DNA from: Candidatus Bathyarchaeota archaeon
GTDB lineage: Archaea; Thermoproteota; Bathyarchaeia; Bathyarchaeales; Bathycorpusculaceae
DNA length: 64,000 bases
NCBI GenBank assembly: GCA_963780185.1
Contig: CAWABA010000011.1
Coordinates: 98,779-162,778, forward strand
Direction of reading: 5' to 3'
In this document: positions 18,342 to 29,183 of the stretch, one piece after another
Layout: each line of letters opens with the position of its first letter
Position numbering within the stretch: the stretch's first letter is position 1
The notes under the pieces: generated by a model
What the model was told of the DNA's origin: nothing
Seen by the model: only the letters and a program-made list of their open reading frames with translations
Databases searched by the model: none
Translations under genes and position numbers: made by a program

Positions 18342-19094
18342 ATGCTAGGGCCTACCGAAAAATATTTAATGGAAAAAATAAAAGCTGAAGGCTCCATCCA
18401 CCTAACACTTATTGACCCTGAAAAAGTGACGGCTCAAGATGCTTCACGTATAGCTGAAAACTCCAAGAACAGCGGAACAGCCGCCATCATGATTGGAGGC
18501 TCCACTTTTATTTCCCAAACACACCTCGACGACGTGGTTAAAGCCATTAAGTCCCGCGTGTCTCTTCCAACAATACTTTTCCCGAACAACGTAACAGGCA
18601 TAAGCAGCCACGCAGACGCCATATGGTTCATGTCTCTTCTAAACTCGGTTGACCCTTACTTTCTCATCGGGGCCCAAATCTTGGGTGCTCCGCTTATCAA
18701 AAAATACCATTTAGAACCCCTATCCATGGGATACATAATCGTCGGCGACGGGGGAACCGCTGGCATCGTGGGAAAAGCAATCTCCGTGCCCTACAACAAG
18801 CCTGAACTTGCGGCAGCCCATGCTTTGGCTGGCCAATATCTTGGTATGCGCTTTATCTATCTTGAAGGCGGCTCAGGCGCGAAAGACCCGGTGCCTCCCG
18901 AGATGATTCATGCTGTCAAACACGTCCTTGAAATTCCCCTAATAGTTGGTGGCGGAATAAGAACTAAAGAGCAAGCAGTAGCCGCGGCGTCTGCAGGTGC
19001 TGACATCATAGTCACGGGCAACGTTACTGAGACAGCAGATTCTAAGCAAAGAGTCGCTGAAATCATCACGGCAATCAAAAACATCAAAGCCTAA
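18342..19094 (+). CDS. Geranylgeranylglyceryl phosphate synthase
   Basis: HLTLIDPEK, IMIGGST, LFPNN, YLGMRFIYLEGGSG, VGGGIR. Confidence 0.93.
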   Translation: MLGPTEKYLMEKIKAEGSIHLTLIDPEKVTAQDASRIAENSKNSGTAAIMIGGSTFISQTHLDDVVKAIKSRVSLPTILFPNNVTGISSHADAIWFMSLLNSVDPYFLIGAQILGAPLIKKYHLEPLSMGYIIVGDGGTAGIVGKAISVPYNKPELAAAHALAGQYLGMRFIYLEGGSGAKDPVPPEMIHAVKHVLEIPLIVGGGIRTKEQAVAAASAGADIIVTGNVTETADSKQRVAEIITAIKNIKA

Positions 19095-19170
19095 GTTTGC
19101 ACCGTTTCCGTTTTTATTTTTTAAGTTTAGTTTTAGAAAGGCAAAATAACCTATCATTGTATATGTTGCC

Positions 19171-22100
19171 GTGGGAAGCTGCTCTTTGAAAATTAGCAAA
19201 GGCTATCGAAGTTACGTTGACGAGCTTGAAAGCGAGCTGAAGCGTCTGTATGCTTTGAGCGATAGCGCAAGATCGGTAGGCTTGGATCCCGCCTTGAAAA
19301 CGGAATGCATCGTCGCCCAGGACATCGCTGACTTGGTGGAGGGGCTGGTTGGACCCCCGCGAGTGGCGTTAAGCATCAGGGACTTGAGCACTAAGATGCA
19401 GAGAGAGGAAATAGCTTTCAAAGTCGCTGAAGAAATCGTCCTGGGCAAATTCGGCTCAAAAGACCCTGAGCAGTTGGCTGAACAGGCGATTAGGACGGCT
19501 CTTGCAATTTTCACTGAGGGCTTAACGGCGGCGCCGATTCAAGGAATCGCTCAAGTTAAAATAAAAATCAACGCCAACCGAACCCGATACTTAGCCATTT
19601 ACTTCGCGGGTCCAATAAGGTCGGCGGGGGGAACAGATCAAGCCTTAACTTTGGTTGTAGGCGACTTCGTGAGGCAACAGCTGGCGTTGGATAGGTATAA
19701 GCCCACGGAGGAAGAAGTTTCCCGTTTTGTCGAAGAACTCCGGCTCTACGAACGCTCCGTAGGCCGCTTCCAGTACCATATACCCGACGACGAACTAAAA
19801 AAAGCGCTTAACCTGATTCCAGTCGAATGCACAGGCACCGAATCCGACCCAGTTGAAGTTTCATCTTACCGAAACCTTCCCCGAGTTGAAACAAACCGAG
19901 TAAGAGGCGGTGCACTCAGGGTCGTTAACGACGGCATAGTGGGGCGCGCCCAAAAGGTTTTCGTTATCATCAATAAAATCGGCTTTCAAGGTTGGGATTG
20001 GCTCAAAGAGTTCAAGAAGAAGTCTGAGAAGAAGTCAGGGGGCTTCATGGATGACGTGATAGCTGGGCGCCCCATCTTTGCTTTTCCCTCAAGACGCGGC
20101 GGTTTCAGACTTCGGTATGGCAGGTCAAGGAACACAGGCTTGTCCGCTGTCGGTATTCATCCCGCAACGATGCTTGTGCTTGAAAACTTTCTTGCAGCAG
20201 GCACGCAGATGCGGCTGGAGCTTCCTGGAAAAGGCTGTGTCACCCTCCCCGTGGACTCGATTGAATCCCCAGTTGTTCTGCTCAAAGACAACTCAGTCGT
20301 CAAGGTTACAATGCAAAATTTCCCCGAGGTTAAAGGCAAAATCCAGAAAATCCTGTTCCTAGGCGACATCCTCATCAGCTTCGGAGACTTCCTCTACTCA
20401 AACAAAAGCCTTCCCCCCTCAGGATACGTTGAGGAATGGTGGGCAAAAGACCTCCAGAATCAAATCAAGAACAAATTCAACTCAGACATCCAGACGGCAG
20501 CTGAAGCCGCGGAGGTTTCTCCGGAAAAAATCAAGGCTTTTCTAGATGACCCCTTCTTTTGCAAACCCACCGTTAAAGAGGCAATCCTCCTCAGCCAGCA
20601 CCTTGAAGTTCCATTGCATCCCACCTGCATTTTCTTTTGGACAAGCCTATCGTCAGCACAGGAAGTTGAACAACTACGAAGTTGGCTTTGTTCCTCAAAA
20701 ATTACGTTGGCTGAAGGCGTCGCATGCAGAATTGAAGGCGAACTCAACCAAGATGTCGTGGCCTTGTTGAGGAAGATTTTTGCTCCACACAAATTAGTCG
20801 GCGATAAAATCATTTTTGAAGGGGAAAATGCTGCCGCTTTCGCCTTCAGTCTCGGCTGCGGCTCCGCTGGACCGTTGGATGTTGCCCAACCTTTGGCCGT
20901 GATGGCTGCCGTCAGCGGACTTGCCGGGGTGAAAGTTAAAGATAAGGCTCCTACTTACGTTGGCGGACGCATGGGGCGACCTGAAAAGGCGAAGCATCGC
21001 GAGATGAAACCCAATGTCCACGTTCTTTTCCCTGTAAGTTTGGCAGGTGGCTCGCACCGGGATCTTTTGGAAGCTGCGAAGCAAGAGCATGTTTTCATTG
21101 AAATGGTAAAACGCAAGTGCCCCAACTGTAAGACTTACACTCGAAGGGTAAAATGCCCGAACTGCGGCGGCGAAACCTTGGAGGAAAAAAGTTGCCCCCG
21201 ATGCGGAAAACCTTTGAAGGACAATCCATGCCCAGTCTGCAAGGCTGACCCTATCTTGTACCAGCGGCAGTCAGTGAACTTCAGGGAGCTGGTTGATGAC
21301 GCCTGCAAATCTCTTGGCTACTCCGCTCCAAAACAGCTGCGGGGCGTTAAAGGCTTAACGAACCTGAACAAGACCCCTGAAATTGTTGAGAAGGGCATTT
21401 TGCGGGCAAAGTACGATTTGTCCGTTTACAAGGATGGAACAATCCGTTTCGATGGCACAAACGCTCCGCTGACACATTTTACTCCTGCAGAGGTCGGTGT
21501 GCCTGTTGAAAAAATAAGGCAGCTAGGATACGACTGCGACACGCATGGGTTCCCCTTGACGGATCCCAATCAAGTCTGTGAACTCAGAGTTCAGGACGTG
21601 GTGATTCCGTGGAAAGCAGGAGAATACTTCCTTCAGATCGCGGCGTTCATCGACGATTTGCTCATTAGAGTCTACAAGCTTCCTCCTTACTACAACGTTA
21701 AAAAGGCGGAGGATCTTGTTGGGCACCTTATTTTCGGTTTAGCCCCGCACACATGCGCTTGCATTTTGGGACGTGTCGTCGGCTACACAGACCGTAACGT
21801 GATCTATGCGCATCCTATTTGGCACTCGGCGAAGCGGCGTGACTGCGACGGAGACGAAGACGCGATTATGTTGGCGTTAGATACTCTTCTGAATTTCTCC
21901 CGCGTTTATTTGCCAGCTCAGATAGGCGGAATCATGGATGCTCCGATACTTTTGATTCCGTTTGTTAACACTAAAGAGGTGCAAAGGCAAGCCCACGACT
22001 TCGACGTCGACCAGACTTACCCAGTTGAGTTCTACCTGAAAACTTGGGATAAAGGCGAAGCTGGACCCATAAGCTCAATCATGGACGTCATCAGCCACAG

Positions 22101-22599
22101 GCTTGGAACCGAAGCCCAATTCGAAGGCTTCCAGTACACAACACCCGTGACCAACATAAACCTCGGCAACGCCAACAGCTCATACAAAGAATTCAAATCC
22201 ATGATTGAAAAACTCAACATGCAGCTGGGGCTGGGCGAAAAAATTGATGCCGTGGACGTTAAACGGGTCGCCTTGAAGGTTTTAACCACGCATTTCCTAA
22301 GGGACATAGCAGGCAACTTGCGCGCCTTCTCCACGCAGGGCTTTCGATGCAAATCATGCAACAAAAAGTTTCGGCGGCTGCCTCTTAAAGGAAAATGCCC
22401 GTTCTGCGGCGGAAAACTTACCCTGACTGTTTACCGGGGCGGCATCGAGAAGTATCTGGAGGCGGCTCAGACACTTGTCGATACATACGGGTTGCCCAAC
22501 TACTACACGCAGCGCCTTGACCTCATAAAAGAGGAAATAGCTTCAATGTTTGACAACAAAAAACCTAAACAATCCAAACTTTTCGATTTCGGTAGCTAA
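19171..22599 (+). CDS. polC: DNA polymerase D large subunit DP2
   Basis: AGPIRSAGGT, GGFRLRYGRSRNTG, GGRMGRPEKA, catalytic RRDCDGDED, C-terminal zinc finger CKSC...CPFCGG; no intein. Confidence 0.97.
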   Translation: MGSCSLKISKGYRSYVDELESELKRLYALSDSARSVGLDPALKTECIVAQDIADLVEGLVGPPRVALSIRDLSTKMQREEIAFKVAEEIVLGKFGSKDPEQLAEQAIRTALAIFTEGLTAAPIQGIAQVKIKINANRTRYLAIYFAGPIRSAGGTDQALTLVVGDFVRQQLALDRYKPTEEEVSRFVEELRLYERSVGRFQYHIPDDELKKALNLIPVECTGTESDPVEVSSYRNLPRVETNRVRGGALRVVNDGIVGRAQKVFVIINKIGFQGWDWLKEFKKKSEKKSGGFMDDVIAGRPIFAFPSRRGGFRLRYGRSRNTGLSAVGIHPATMLVLENFLAAGTQMRLELPGKGCVTLPVDSIESPVVLLKDNSVVKVTMQNFPEVKGKIQKILFLGDILISFGDFLYSNKSLPPSGYVEEWWAKDLQNQIKNKFNSDIQTAAEAAEVSPEKIKAFLDDPFFCKPTVKEAILLSQHLEVPLHPTCIFFWTSLSSAQEVEQLRSWLCSSKITLAEGVACRIEGELNQDVVALLRKIFAPHKLVGDKIIFEGENAAAFAFSLGCGSAGPLDVAQPLAVMAAVSGLAGVKVKDKAPTYVGGRMGRPEKAKHREMKPNVHVLFPVSLAGGSHRDLLEAAKQEHVFIEMVKRKCPNCKTYTRRVKCPNCGGETLEEKSCPRCGKPLKDNPCPVCKADPILYQRQSVNFRELVDDACKSLGYSAPKQLRGVKGLTNLNKTPEIVEKGILRAKYDLSVYKDGTIRFDGTNAPLTHFTPAEVGVPVEKIRQLGYDCDTHGFPLTDPNQVCELRVQDVVIPWKAGEYFLQIAAFIDDLLIRVYKLPPYYNVKKAEDLVGHLIFGLAPHTCACILGRVVGYTDRNVIYAHPIWHSAKRRDCDGDEDAIMLALDTLLNFSRVYLPAQIGGIMDAPILLIPFVNTKEVQRQAHDFDVDQTYPVEFYLKTWDKGEAGPISSIMDVISHRLGTEAQFEGFQYTTPVTNINLGNANSSYKEFKSMIEKLNMQLGLGEKIDAVDVKRVALKVLTTHFLRDIAGNLRAFSTQGFRCKSCNKKFRRLPLKGKCPFCGGKLTLTVYRGGIEKYLEAAQTLVDTYGLPNYYTQRLDLIKEEIASMFDNKKPKQSKLFDFGS

Positions 22600-22640
22600 A
22601 GCTTTTCAACCTAAACGCCAAGTATTCTAACGGTGACTCT

Positions 22641-22893
22641 GTGCATCCTAACGCTTACCTGAAAAATACAAGAAACGTGAAGAGCGGTCTTAGGGCAAGA
22701 AGCAAAATCTTGGAGACTCTGGAAGACAAGACATGCGGCGCCCCACGGTTAGCCAAGGCCACAGGGTCTTTCTTACAAGGTTGTGACGCATCATCTTCGT
22801 CTTCTCAAGAACGAAGGCATAGTATCCCGAAATCAACACAGACCCTACTATTGGGCAGCTACTGGTTTAGGGCAGAAGCGCCTGCAGGGTTAG
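22641..22893 (+). CDS. Small ArsR-like winged-helix protein (frameshift near 22765)
   Basis: Removing one G from ACAGGGTCTT gives ...LAKATGLSYKVVTHHLRLLKNEGIVSR...YYWAATGLGQKRL, stop at 22891-22893. Confidence 0.7.
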
Positions 22894-23180
22894 AATGTGC
22901 ATTGGCAGGGTGATTGTTGGCATTTTGGGCATTTATGGTTGTATTTGTTGAGGGCTGCCTGTTCAAGGTCGATTCCCATTATGTTTGCGAGGGAAGCTAG
23001 CCATGCGATGACGTCTGCGAACTCTTTTTCGGTGGCTTCCCTGTCGGTTCCTTTTTTGATTTCTTCTCCCAGTTCTCCGACTTCGTCTACAAGCCAGTTG
23101 AAAGTTCCTTCTACTCCACGTTCTGAGTCTCTTTTGAAGTACAGTTGACGCATCATCTGCTGGAATTCACTAATCTGCAT
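22890..23180 (-). CDS. MazG-like nucleotide pyrophosphohydrolase
   Basis: WLVDEVGELGEEI, EFADVIAWLASLAN, C-terminal CPKCQQSPCQC. Confidence 0.85.
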   Translation of the reverse strand: MQISEFQQMMRQLYFKRDSERGVEGTFNWLVDEVGELGEEIKKGTDREATEKEFADVIAWLASLANIMGIDLEQAALNKYNHKCPKCQQSPCQCTF

Positions 23181-23314
23181 AGGCTTCCCCGGTTTTAGAG
23201 TCCAACAAAGCGGACTTTAAACATTTCTAATCCAAACAAAAGCGGATGTTTCGAATTGGCAGCCTGCACAACATTAATTAATGGTTACGGTTACATGAGA
23301 AGGCAGGGATAATA

Positions 23315-23488
23315 GTGAGCAGTAGAAGAAAAAAGAAAGATACTGGTCCAATGCCTGCAGCAAGCGCAGGGTTGCTCAGATTCTTCGAGGAAGAAACTGA
23401 AGGCATAAAGATGAGGCCCGAGTTGCTTGTGATTTTCTCAGTTTCACTGATTGTCCTATCGGTGCTGGCTAAAGTGTTCTTCCCTTAA
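23315..23488 (+). CDS. secG: Preprotein translocase subunit Sec61beta (57 aa, absent from ORF track)
   Basis: Manual translation MSSRRKKKDTGPMPAASAGLLRFFEEETEGIKMRPELLVIFSVSLIVLSVLAKVFFP. Confidence 0.88.
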   Translation: MSSRRKKKDTGPMPAASAGLLRFFEEETEGIKMRPELLVIFSVSLIVLSVLAKVFFP

Positions 23489-23496
23489 ACGCTTAC

Positions 23497-23793
23497 TCAG
23501 CGTCTCGGCGCAGTAGCGTGTAGAACTTCTATTCTTTGAACTGAATTCAAATGTAGAAATATCTCGCTTCTTTCTTCTCGGCTTGTAATCTGCGGGATGG
23601 GCTGCGCAATGGTTGACCTTAAAACGATGGCTTCAGATTCAGAAAGCCAGATTCCTGACGGCTCATGCGTCACCGCGGCTAAGGTGCCTTCGAAACCGTA
23701 CGCTGGGTCAATGATTACCCTGATTTTCTTGCCCACGTTCCTCTCCAACATGTGAAATATCGAAGGGGGCAAGTCTCTTTCCGACATAGCCAT
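23497..23793 (-). CDS. Divergent Sm/LSm-fold-like protein
   Basis: LERNVGKKIRVIIDPAYGFEGTL resembles Sm1; IFLHLNSVQRI resembles Sm2. Confidence 0.55.
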   Translation of the reverse strand: MAMSERDLPPSIFHMLERNVGKKIRVIIDPAYGFEGTLAAVTHEPSGIWLSESEAIVLRSTIAQPIPQITSREERSEIFLHLNSVQRIEVLHATAPRR

Positions 23794-24041
23794 CGCAAAC
23801 TAACACATAAGGCAAGTTAAAGATAAAACAATTACCCCGAAACGGCATGTTCAATTTTCGCGTTGTAAATCGGAACTGCTCTTTTTTCATCTTAGCTTTA
23901 ACTTCTACCTGCCAAAACAACCGTTGCCTCAGCTGTCTATTGCAGGAAAATTGTATTTCCTGTCTTGCGGCGCGGTTCAACTTCGCTAAATTTTAATAAG
24001 GCTCCCCGCCTCCATAAGAGACTCAATCTTGAGCTGATGAC

Positions 24042-25860
24042 ATGGAAGACACAAACTCACTTAACCGCTCCATAGACGACGCCAAAAAACATTACTCATC
24101 CTTATTCCCTCTTCCATCACTCAAAATAGCACTCGCAGCCACAGCGGCTGTCTGCTTCTTAATAGGATTTTTGGCTTATGCCGCTCTCTCTCAGAGCTTA
24201 TTCCGTGCCCTCCTTCTTGCACTATCACTTTTTGTCATTACAGTTGTGTCTGATTTAGTCGTTAGCAAATTGGTTCTTCGAAAAGACGCGATTTTCGATC
24301 TACGCCGAACCAACGTTTTATCCTTGGTTGGGTTGGGTTTCTGGTTGCTCTTCATAGCAATCGGAGTTGCGTTAGGTCCTCTCTTTGGCTGGCAACTGTG
24401 GGAAAAGCTTGCCCTAATCGGTTTCGCCGCAATCGTAACGCTTAAAATTATTGCGTTTATGGCGACCTCGGGGGCAGATGTGTGGCGAAAAGGATTATCG
24501 GTTTTGCTACAGCCAACACTCTGCCTGGTTCCCTTCGTTGCCCTTTGGACTTCCAGCGGCATTCCACTTTTGCAGGTTTTACCCTTCATCATTATCTCTT
24601 CAGTAGTCGCTTTGTTGACGGCGGTGCTGTTTTTTTACCCCATCGATCGACTAGGAAGAACATACTCAATTTCTTCAATTCCCCTCTTCAAAGCTTTCAT
24701 AGCCAACCGGGTAACAAACGCTAACGCACCTTTCGAAAAATTCCTTGAAGACATGGGAGAGGACGCAGATATCGAAGTTAACATCTTAAAGTTTGAATCA
24801 TCCAACAAACCTAAAGCCGCAGTCATCGTTCCCTTCGTGCATCCTGGGCCATTCAAAAACATAGGCAGCAGCCTTTTGCCCTCCATGATGAAACATGAAT
24901 TTCAAAAAGAGTACAACTGCGAAGCCTGCACACCTCTTGGCATTTTGGGGCATGAACTTGATTTGGCGTCACAAATGCAGAACCAAAAAATCGTGTCTCA
25001 AGTGATTTCTTCTGCAAAGTTCAAAGCATCAGCGAATTTGGCGTCGCCCTTCGTGAGAGTTTCGGAGGGAGTTGCTTCGGCTTCCTGCCAAATCTTCGGC
25101 GACACCGTTTTTCTCAGTTTTTCGTTGGCTCCAGAGACAACTGAAGACCTTCCTCAAGAGTTAGGGCGCATCGTAAGAGAAGAAGCAGCAAAATACGGGT
25201 TGAAACACGCCATAGTAGTTAACGCCCACAACAGCCTAACCGACATAGTCGACGTTCAAGAGCATTTAGATGCTCTTACGCCTTGCGGCTTCAAAATGCC
25301 TCAAAAAAGCAGTCGAACAGCCAACCAGCCCGTTCAGAGTCGGAGCCGCCAGCATCTATCCTGCAGAGTTTTCTTTGAAGTCAGGGATGGGAAGCGGCGG
25401 AATCACAGCTTTAATTGTTGAGGTGCAGGAGAAGAAAACCGCTTACGTGGTGATTGACGGGAACAACATGATTTCTGGTTTACGAGAGAAGCTTCTTGCC
25501 GCTTTGGGTTCGGCTGGTTTTAGCGAGAGCGAAATCTTCACCACCGACACCCACGCAGTGAGCGCGATCGTCACTAGCCGTCAAGCCCATCACGGTTACC
25601 ATCCTGTGGGCGAAGCCATGGACCAGGAGCTGCTGACACGAATAATCTGTGACGTTGCAAAGAAAGCCGCGGAAAACTTGGAACTCTCAAACGCAGGCTG
25701 CTTGCAACTGGTTGTTCCACAAGTGAGAACTATCGGGGAAGAAAGGTTAAAGTCGATGACTACGCTGGTTGATCGGGCAATCCAAAAAATCAAGCAAACA
25801 GTAATCCCCGTCTTCGCGTTGGAAGGGCTAATTTTAATCTTGATTCTAACGTTTCTATGA
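24042..25860 (+). CDS. DUF2070-family membrane protein (frameshift near 25272)
   Basis: N-terminal multi-TM region, HPGPFKNIGSS, NAHNS, FTTDTHAV, C-terminal TM; two overlapping ORFs. Confidence 0.8.
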
Positions 25861-25893
25861 CTCAAATGTCCTTTTTCAGTGCGGCTAAGTCAG

Positions 25894-26445
25894 CTACGTA
25901 TGCACATTTTTGACGGTTCTACGTGGCTTTCTCTTTAGTTGTGTGCCGCAGACAAGGCACTCTTTGGACGCGCAGTTAGCAGGATACTCTTTGTGGCAGG
26001 CTGGGCAGTACCTTATCCACTCTAAGAGCCGTTTGATGCCGAAAGTTGCCAACGCCAAAAATTCAACCCCCATCTTAGTCGCCACATTCTGGATTGAATA
26101 GTCGTCGGTTACTATTTGAGGCGCGTAGCCTTCCGCTTTCAACTCCAACGCCAAAGCCAAAAGCTGAGTGTCCGCCTTCGACAGCAGGTATGAGTCGCCG
26201 AGTTTGCTTGCAAAAACTTTGGCGCCATCCAAAAACTCTTGGCGGGGCTCTCTAACCTTGATTTTTCCGCTTTCGATGGCTGTCCTAAACCGTGTGACTA
26301 TGATGGAGTTCCTTATTATTTCCTCTTCTACGCTGGGAACGGTTACTTGTTCTTCGCTCAACGAGAAGGGGTCAAAACCTGCCAGAAAAGCAGAGGTGTC
26401 CAGAACTACGATTTTTCTGCATGGGCTTTCTTTTTGGGTTTTCAT
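25894..26445 (-). CDS. nob1: Nob1-family PIN endonuclease (ribosome biogenesis)
   Basis: VLDTSAF, LSKADTQLLALA, TDDYSIQNVA, zinc ribbon CPAC...CLVCG. Confidence 0.9.
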   Translation of the reverse strand: MKTQKESPCRKIVVLDTSAFLAGFDPFSLSEEQVTVPSVEEEIIRNSIIVTRFRTAIESGKIKVREPRQEFLDGAKVFASKLGDSYLLSKADTQLLALALELKAEGYAPQIVTDDYSIQNVATKMGVEFLALATFGIKRLLEWIRYCPACHKEYPANCASKECLVCGTQLKRKPRRTVKNVHT

Positions 26446-27293
26446 TGTGTTCCCTTGAAAAGTAGCCGATTTCTCAGTCGATCGTAAAAGTCTCCTTCAA
26501 GCCTGATAAACGATGTTTCGTTTTTTGACACGGTGACTTTAAGCATCGGCTCGGCGTCGCTTACGATTTTACGGTATTTTCCGTCAATCGAAACCAAAAC
26601 TTGCTTTGGGCTGAAGACGTTGAATGTGATGGTTGAGTCGGCGGGGAAAACAAGTGAAGGAAAAGCGGTTAACGCGCAGATTGGTGTGACAACAAAAGCA
26701 TCTACCGTGGGGTCCAAAACGGGTCCTCCCGCGGAGAGAGAATAGCCCGTGGAGCCTGTGGGGGTCGCGACGATTAATCCGTCTGCTTGGCATTTAAGAA
26801 TGGGTTTTCCATCCTTGCATATCTGCGCCTTGAGGATGCTTGATGGTTCGCCAGCGGAAATAACCACGTCATTTAAGGCATCAGGGACGTGTTCGTTGCC
26901 TGCCGCAACAGACAGCTTTACACACTTTTCTATTTTATATTCGCCTCTCAAAATTTTGTCTGCTGCTTCGCAGGCGTTTTTCGGTTCTACTTCAGTTAAG
27001 AATCCTCGCTCACCCATGTTAACGGTTAAAATCGGCGGTTCAGGTTTTGGCACGGTCATGCAGGTTCGCAGGATCGTTCCGTCTCCGCCTATTGTTATTA
27101 TGAAGTCAGTTTGCATTTTGGCAAGAGAAACCATCTCTGCCTGTGGCGCAGTGACCTTTCCTGCCAAGGTATCTTCCAGGTAAACTTTCAATCCTTTCTT
27201 TGCAAGATGCTCCGCCAACTCTTCAGTAAGCTTTAAGGCTGCCTTCTTATCGTAGCGGGCAACAAGTCCCACAGTTTTGAACAATAAATCCAC
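26442..27293 (-). CDS. nadK: NAD(+) kinase
   Basis: IGGDGTIL, ALNDVVI, ADGLIVATPTGSTGYSLSAGGP. Confidence 0.95.
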   Translation of the reverse strand: MDLLFKTVGLVARYDKKAALKLTEELAEHLAKKGLKVYLEDTLAGKVTAPQAEMVSLAKMQTDFIITIGGDGTILRTCMTVPKPEPPILTVNMGERGFLTEVEPKNACEAADKILRGEYKIEKCVKLSVAAGNEHVPDALNDVVISAGEPSSILKAQICKDGKPILKCQADGLIVATPTGSTGYSLSAGGPVLDPTVDAFVVTPICALTAFPSLVFPADSTITFNVFSPKQVLVSIDGKYRKIVSDAEPMLKVTVSKNETSFIRLEGDFYDRLRNRLLFKGTQ

Positions 27294-27456
27294 GGCTCAG
27301 CTAAAATAGCGTCACCTCACTCTATATTAACCCTTTCAGTGCCCAAAACAAACTTTATCTTCCCGCATTTCCCTTTTGCCGCGGATATCTTTGAAGGCGT
27401 ATTCATCACGTGCGAAGAGGTTCAATAAGGTTAACACGCAAGTCGACCCTAAAGCC

Positions 27457-27828
27457 TCACCAATCAGATTTTCTCTTCCAAACGTTCATCGTACATTGAC
27501 CCCAACAGTAAGAACTTGCCTTAAACTGGCAGCCGTTGCATCCAATGCCCGTGAATTTCGGTACTGCTTCATGTTTGGAGTGGACTCGGACGAAAACCTT
27601 CTTCGGTTCAGGCGGAGTTGAAGCAGTTGCAGCGACTCCTTCCTTTTGATTCTTTATGCGTTGTGGACATTTCACGTATACAGCGGGATCAGAAAAGATA
27701 GAGTAAGCACAAGTCGAACCTGAACATTCACGAACACTTAATTCAAATTCGCCAAACCCAGTCTCGGCTTTAGCGTATTCACAACAGGGCGCCTTTCCCT
27801 CTTCTTTCTCGTCGTCAGCTTCGGTCAT
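27457..27828 (-). CDS. Hypothetical Cys-rich protein
   Basis: 123-aa ORF with 9 Cys including CC, CxxxxC and CNGCx6Cx3C; co-oriented with neighbours. Confidence 0.5.
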   Translation of the reverse strand: MTEADDEKEEGKAPCCEYAKAETGFGEFELSVRECSGSTCAYSIFSDPAVYVKCPQRIKNQKEGVAATASTPPEPKKVFVRVHSKHEAVPKFTGIGCNGCQFKASSYCWGQCTMNVWKRKSDW

Positions 27829-27955
27829 TTGTGTTATCCTTCAAATCAATGTTTTCTGCTAACTTTGTTAGTGAGACGCGACCTAAAGGCATTTGCGATG
27901 AATCCCTGATGAAGACCTCTCTTTGCCTTTTCTGGGCGACGATACGGTGTTCCTT

Positions 27956-29070
27956 TCAGGTTAAGATGCCTTTTCTCATGATTTCTGATGTTCCAGTCAG
28001 GTACGTAACGGTGATTGTTGGTTTGTCAATTAACATGTCTACGTGGCATCTGACGTTGCCTGGAGCCAGATGACAGGTGCCCAACAGTTTTTCATCTTCC
28101 AGCATGTTCCCCGTTACTCTTGCCTTTTCGTTCAAGCCTATCCCAACTTCCTCCAGAACCGTCGGCAAACCATATTTCTTCTCAGAAGCCAAAATGTCTT
28201 CCCGAACGCAGTCAAGCGCCCGATCCTCGCATTGGAAATCCTTCAGGAAGCCATTTTCGAATTGAACCGTTATGGGTTTTTTAGGATTAATTTTTCCTTG
28301 GTAGCCGCCTACCGTAACGTCACAGACCACTTTGCCATTTGCTTTCTGCTTCACAGGATAGTTCTGGGTCTCTTGCTTTCCGGTTTCCTTGTTCAATACT
28401 CTGATGATTTTCCCCTTCTGCGACCACACTTCGCCCACGGGCAAGTTGCCAAATTTTCCGGGTTCACCGTAAACGTTGGGTGGAACAATCACGCAGTCCG
28501 TGTCAAACTTCACTTGCCGGGAGACCTCTACTTCTATGTCGGTTCCTCCATGCGCGGTTATGTGGATTTTCTTTATGTTTTGCAGTTTTCGAAGGATCTT
28601 ATCTGAGTCTTCAGCCATTTTTCTGTAGTTGCATTGCAGAGGTCCATTTACCGCCATGTCTAACGTTATGCCTGGTGAATGAGCCCAGCTTATGGGAACC
28701 TGCTCAATGGTCTGATGAAGCAACTCTATTCTTGCTCCGACTTCTTGCAGGTTCCAGTCTGGATTTTGGCTATAGTCAAAAAGACCTAACCCCGCTTTGG
28801 GGGTTCTATCCGAAGTAATGTGATGAGTTCTTGCGGAAAATGCTGGTAGGGTTTGTTTGCTGTCAAGTCGAAGGTTCTAACGCTTAGTCCACAATTTTCC
28901 GCGGCTTTATGCGCGGCTTTTGCGAGCACTGGCGAGTTTCGGTTGACGATAAGGTAAGTGTCATGGGGTTTTAGTTTTTGGCAGTACTGCATGAATTCTT
29001 CAAACTTGCCGACAACTTTGTTGAGGTCTTCCGCATCTATTTTCTGCATGTTGTCATCCTTTGCTGGCAT
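27956..29070 (-). CDS. M29-like (thermophilic) aminopeptidase (frameshift in C-run near 28800)
   Basis: GNLPVGEVW, EEVGIGLN, LEDEKLLGTCHLAPG, HVDM; frames join as ...RIE(P)PKAGLGLFDYSQNPDW... Confidence 0.8.
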
Positions 29071-29183
29071 AACAGGGTAATTGGCATCTCCGCAGATAAA
29101 ATGTTCGCAGCATCTGAAGCGAAATAGCGTCTAAATTAGATGATGCGCCGCCCATGTAGAGGAAAAACGCAGTTGGGCGATTA

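Noticed and set aside
19171-22599. Intein in DP2 (also checked for Cdc6)
   Set aside because: Lengths are ordinary and no intein N-/C-terminal or LAGLIDADG motifs are present.
23708-23980. 90-aa minus-strand ORF upstream of the Sm-like gene
   Set aside because: Overlaps the Sm-like gene in another frame and has no recognisable motif.
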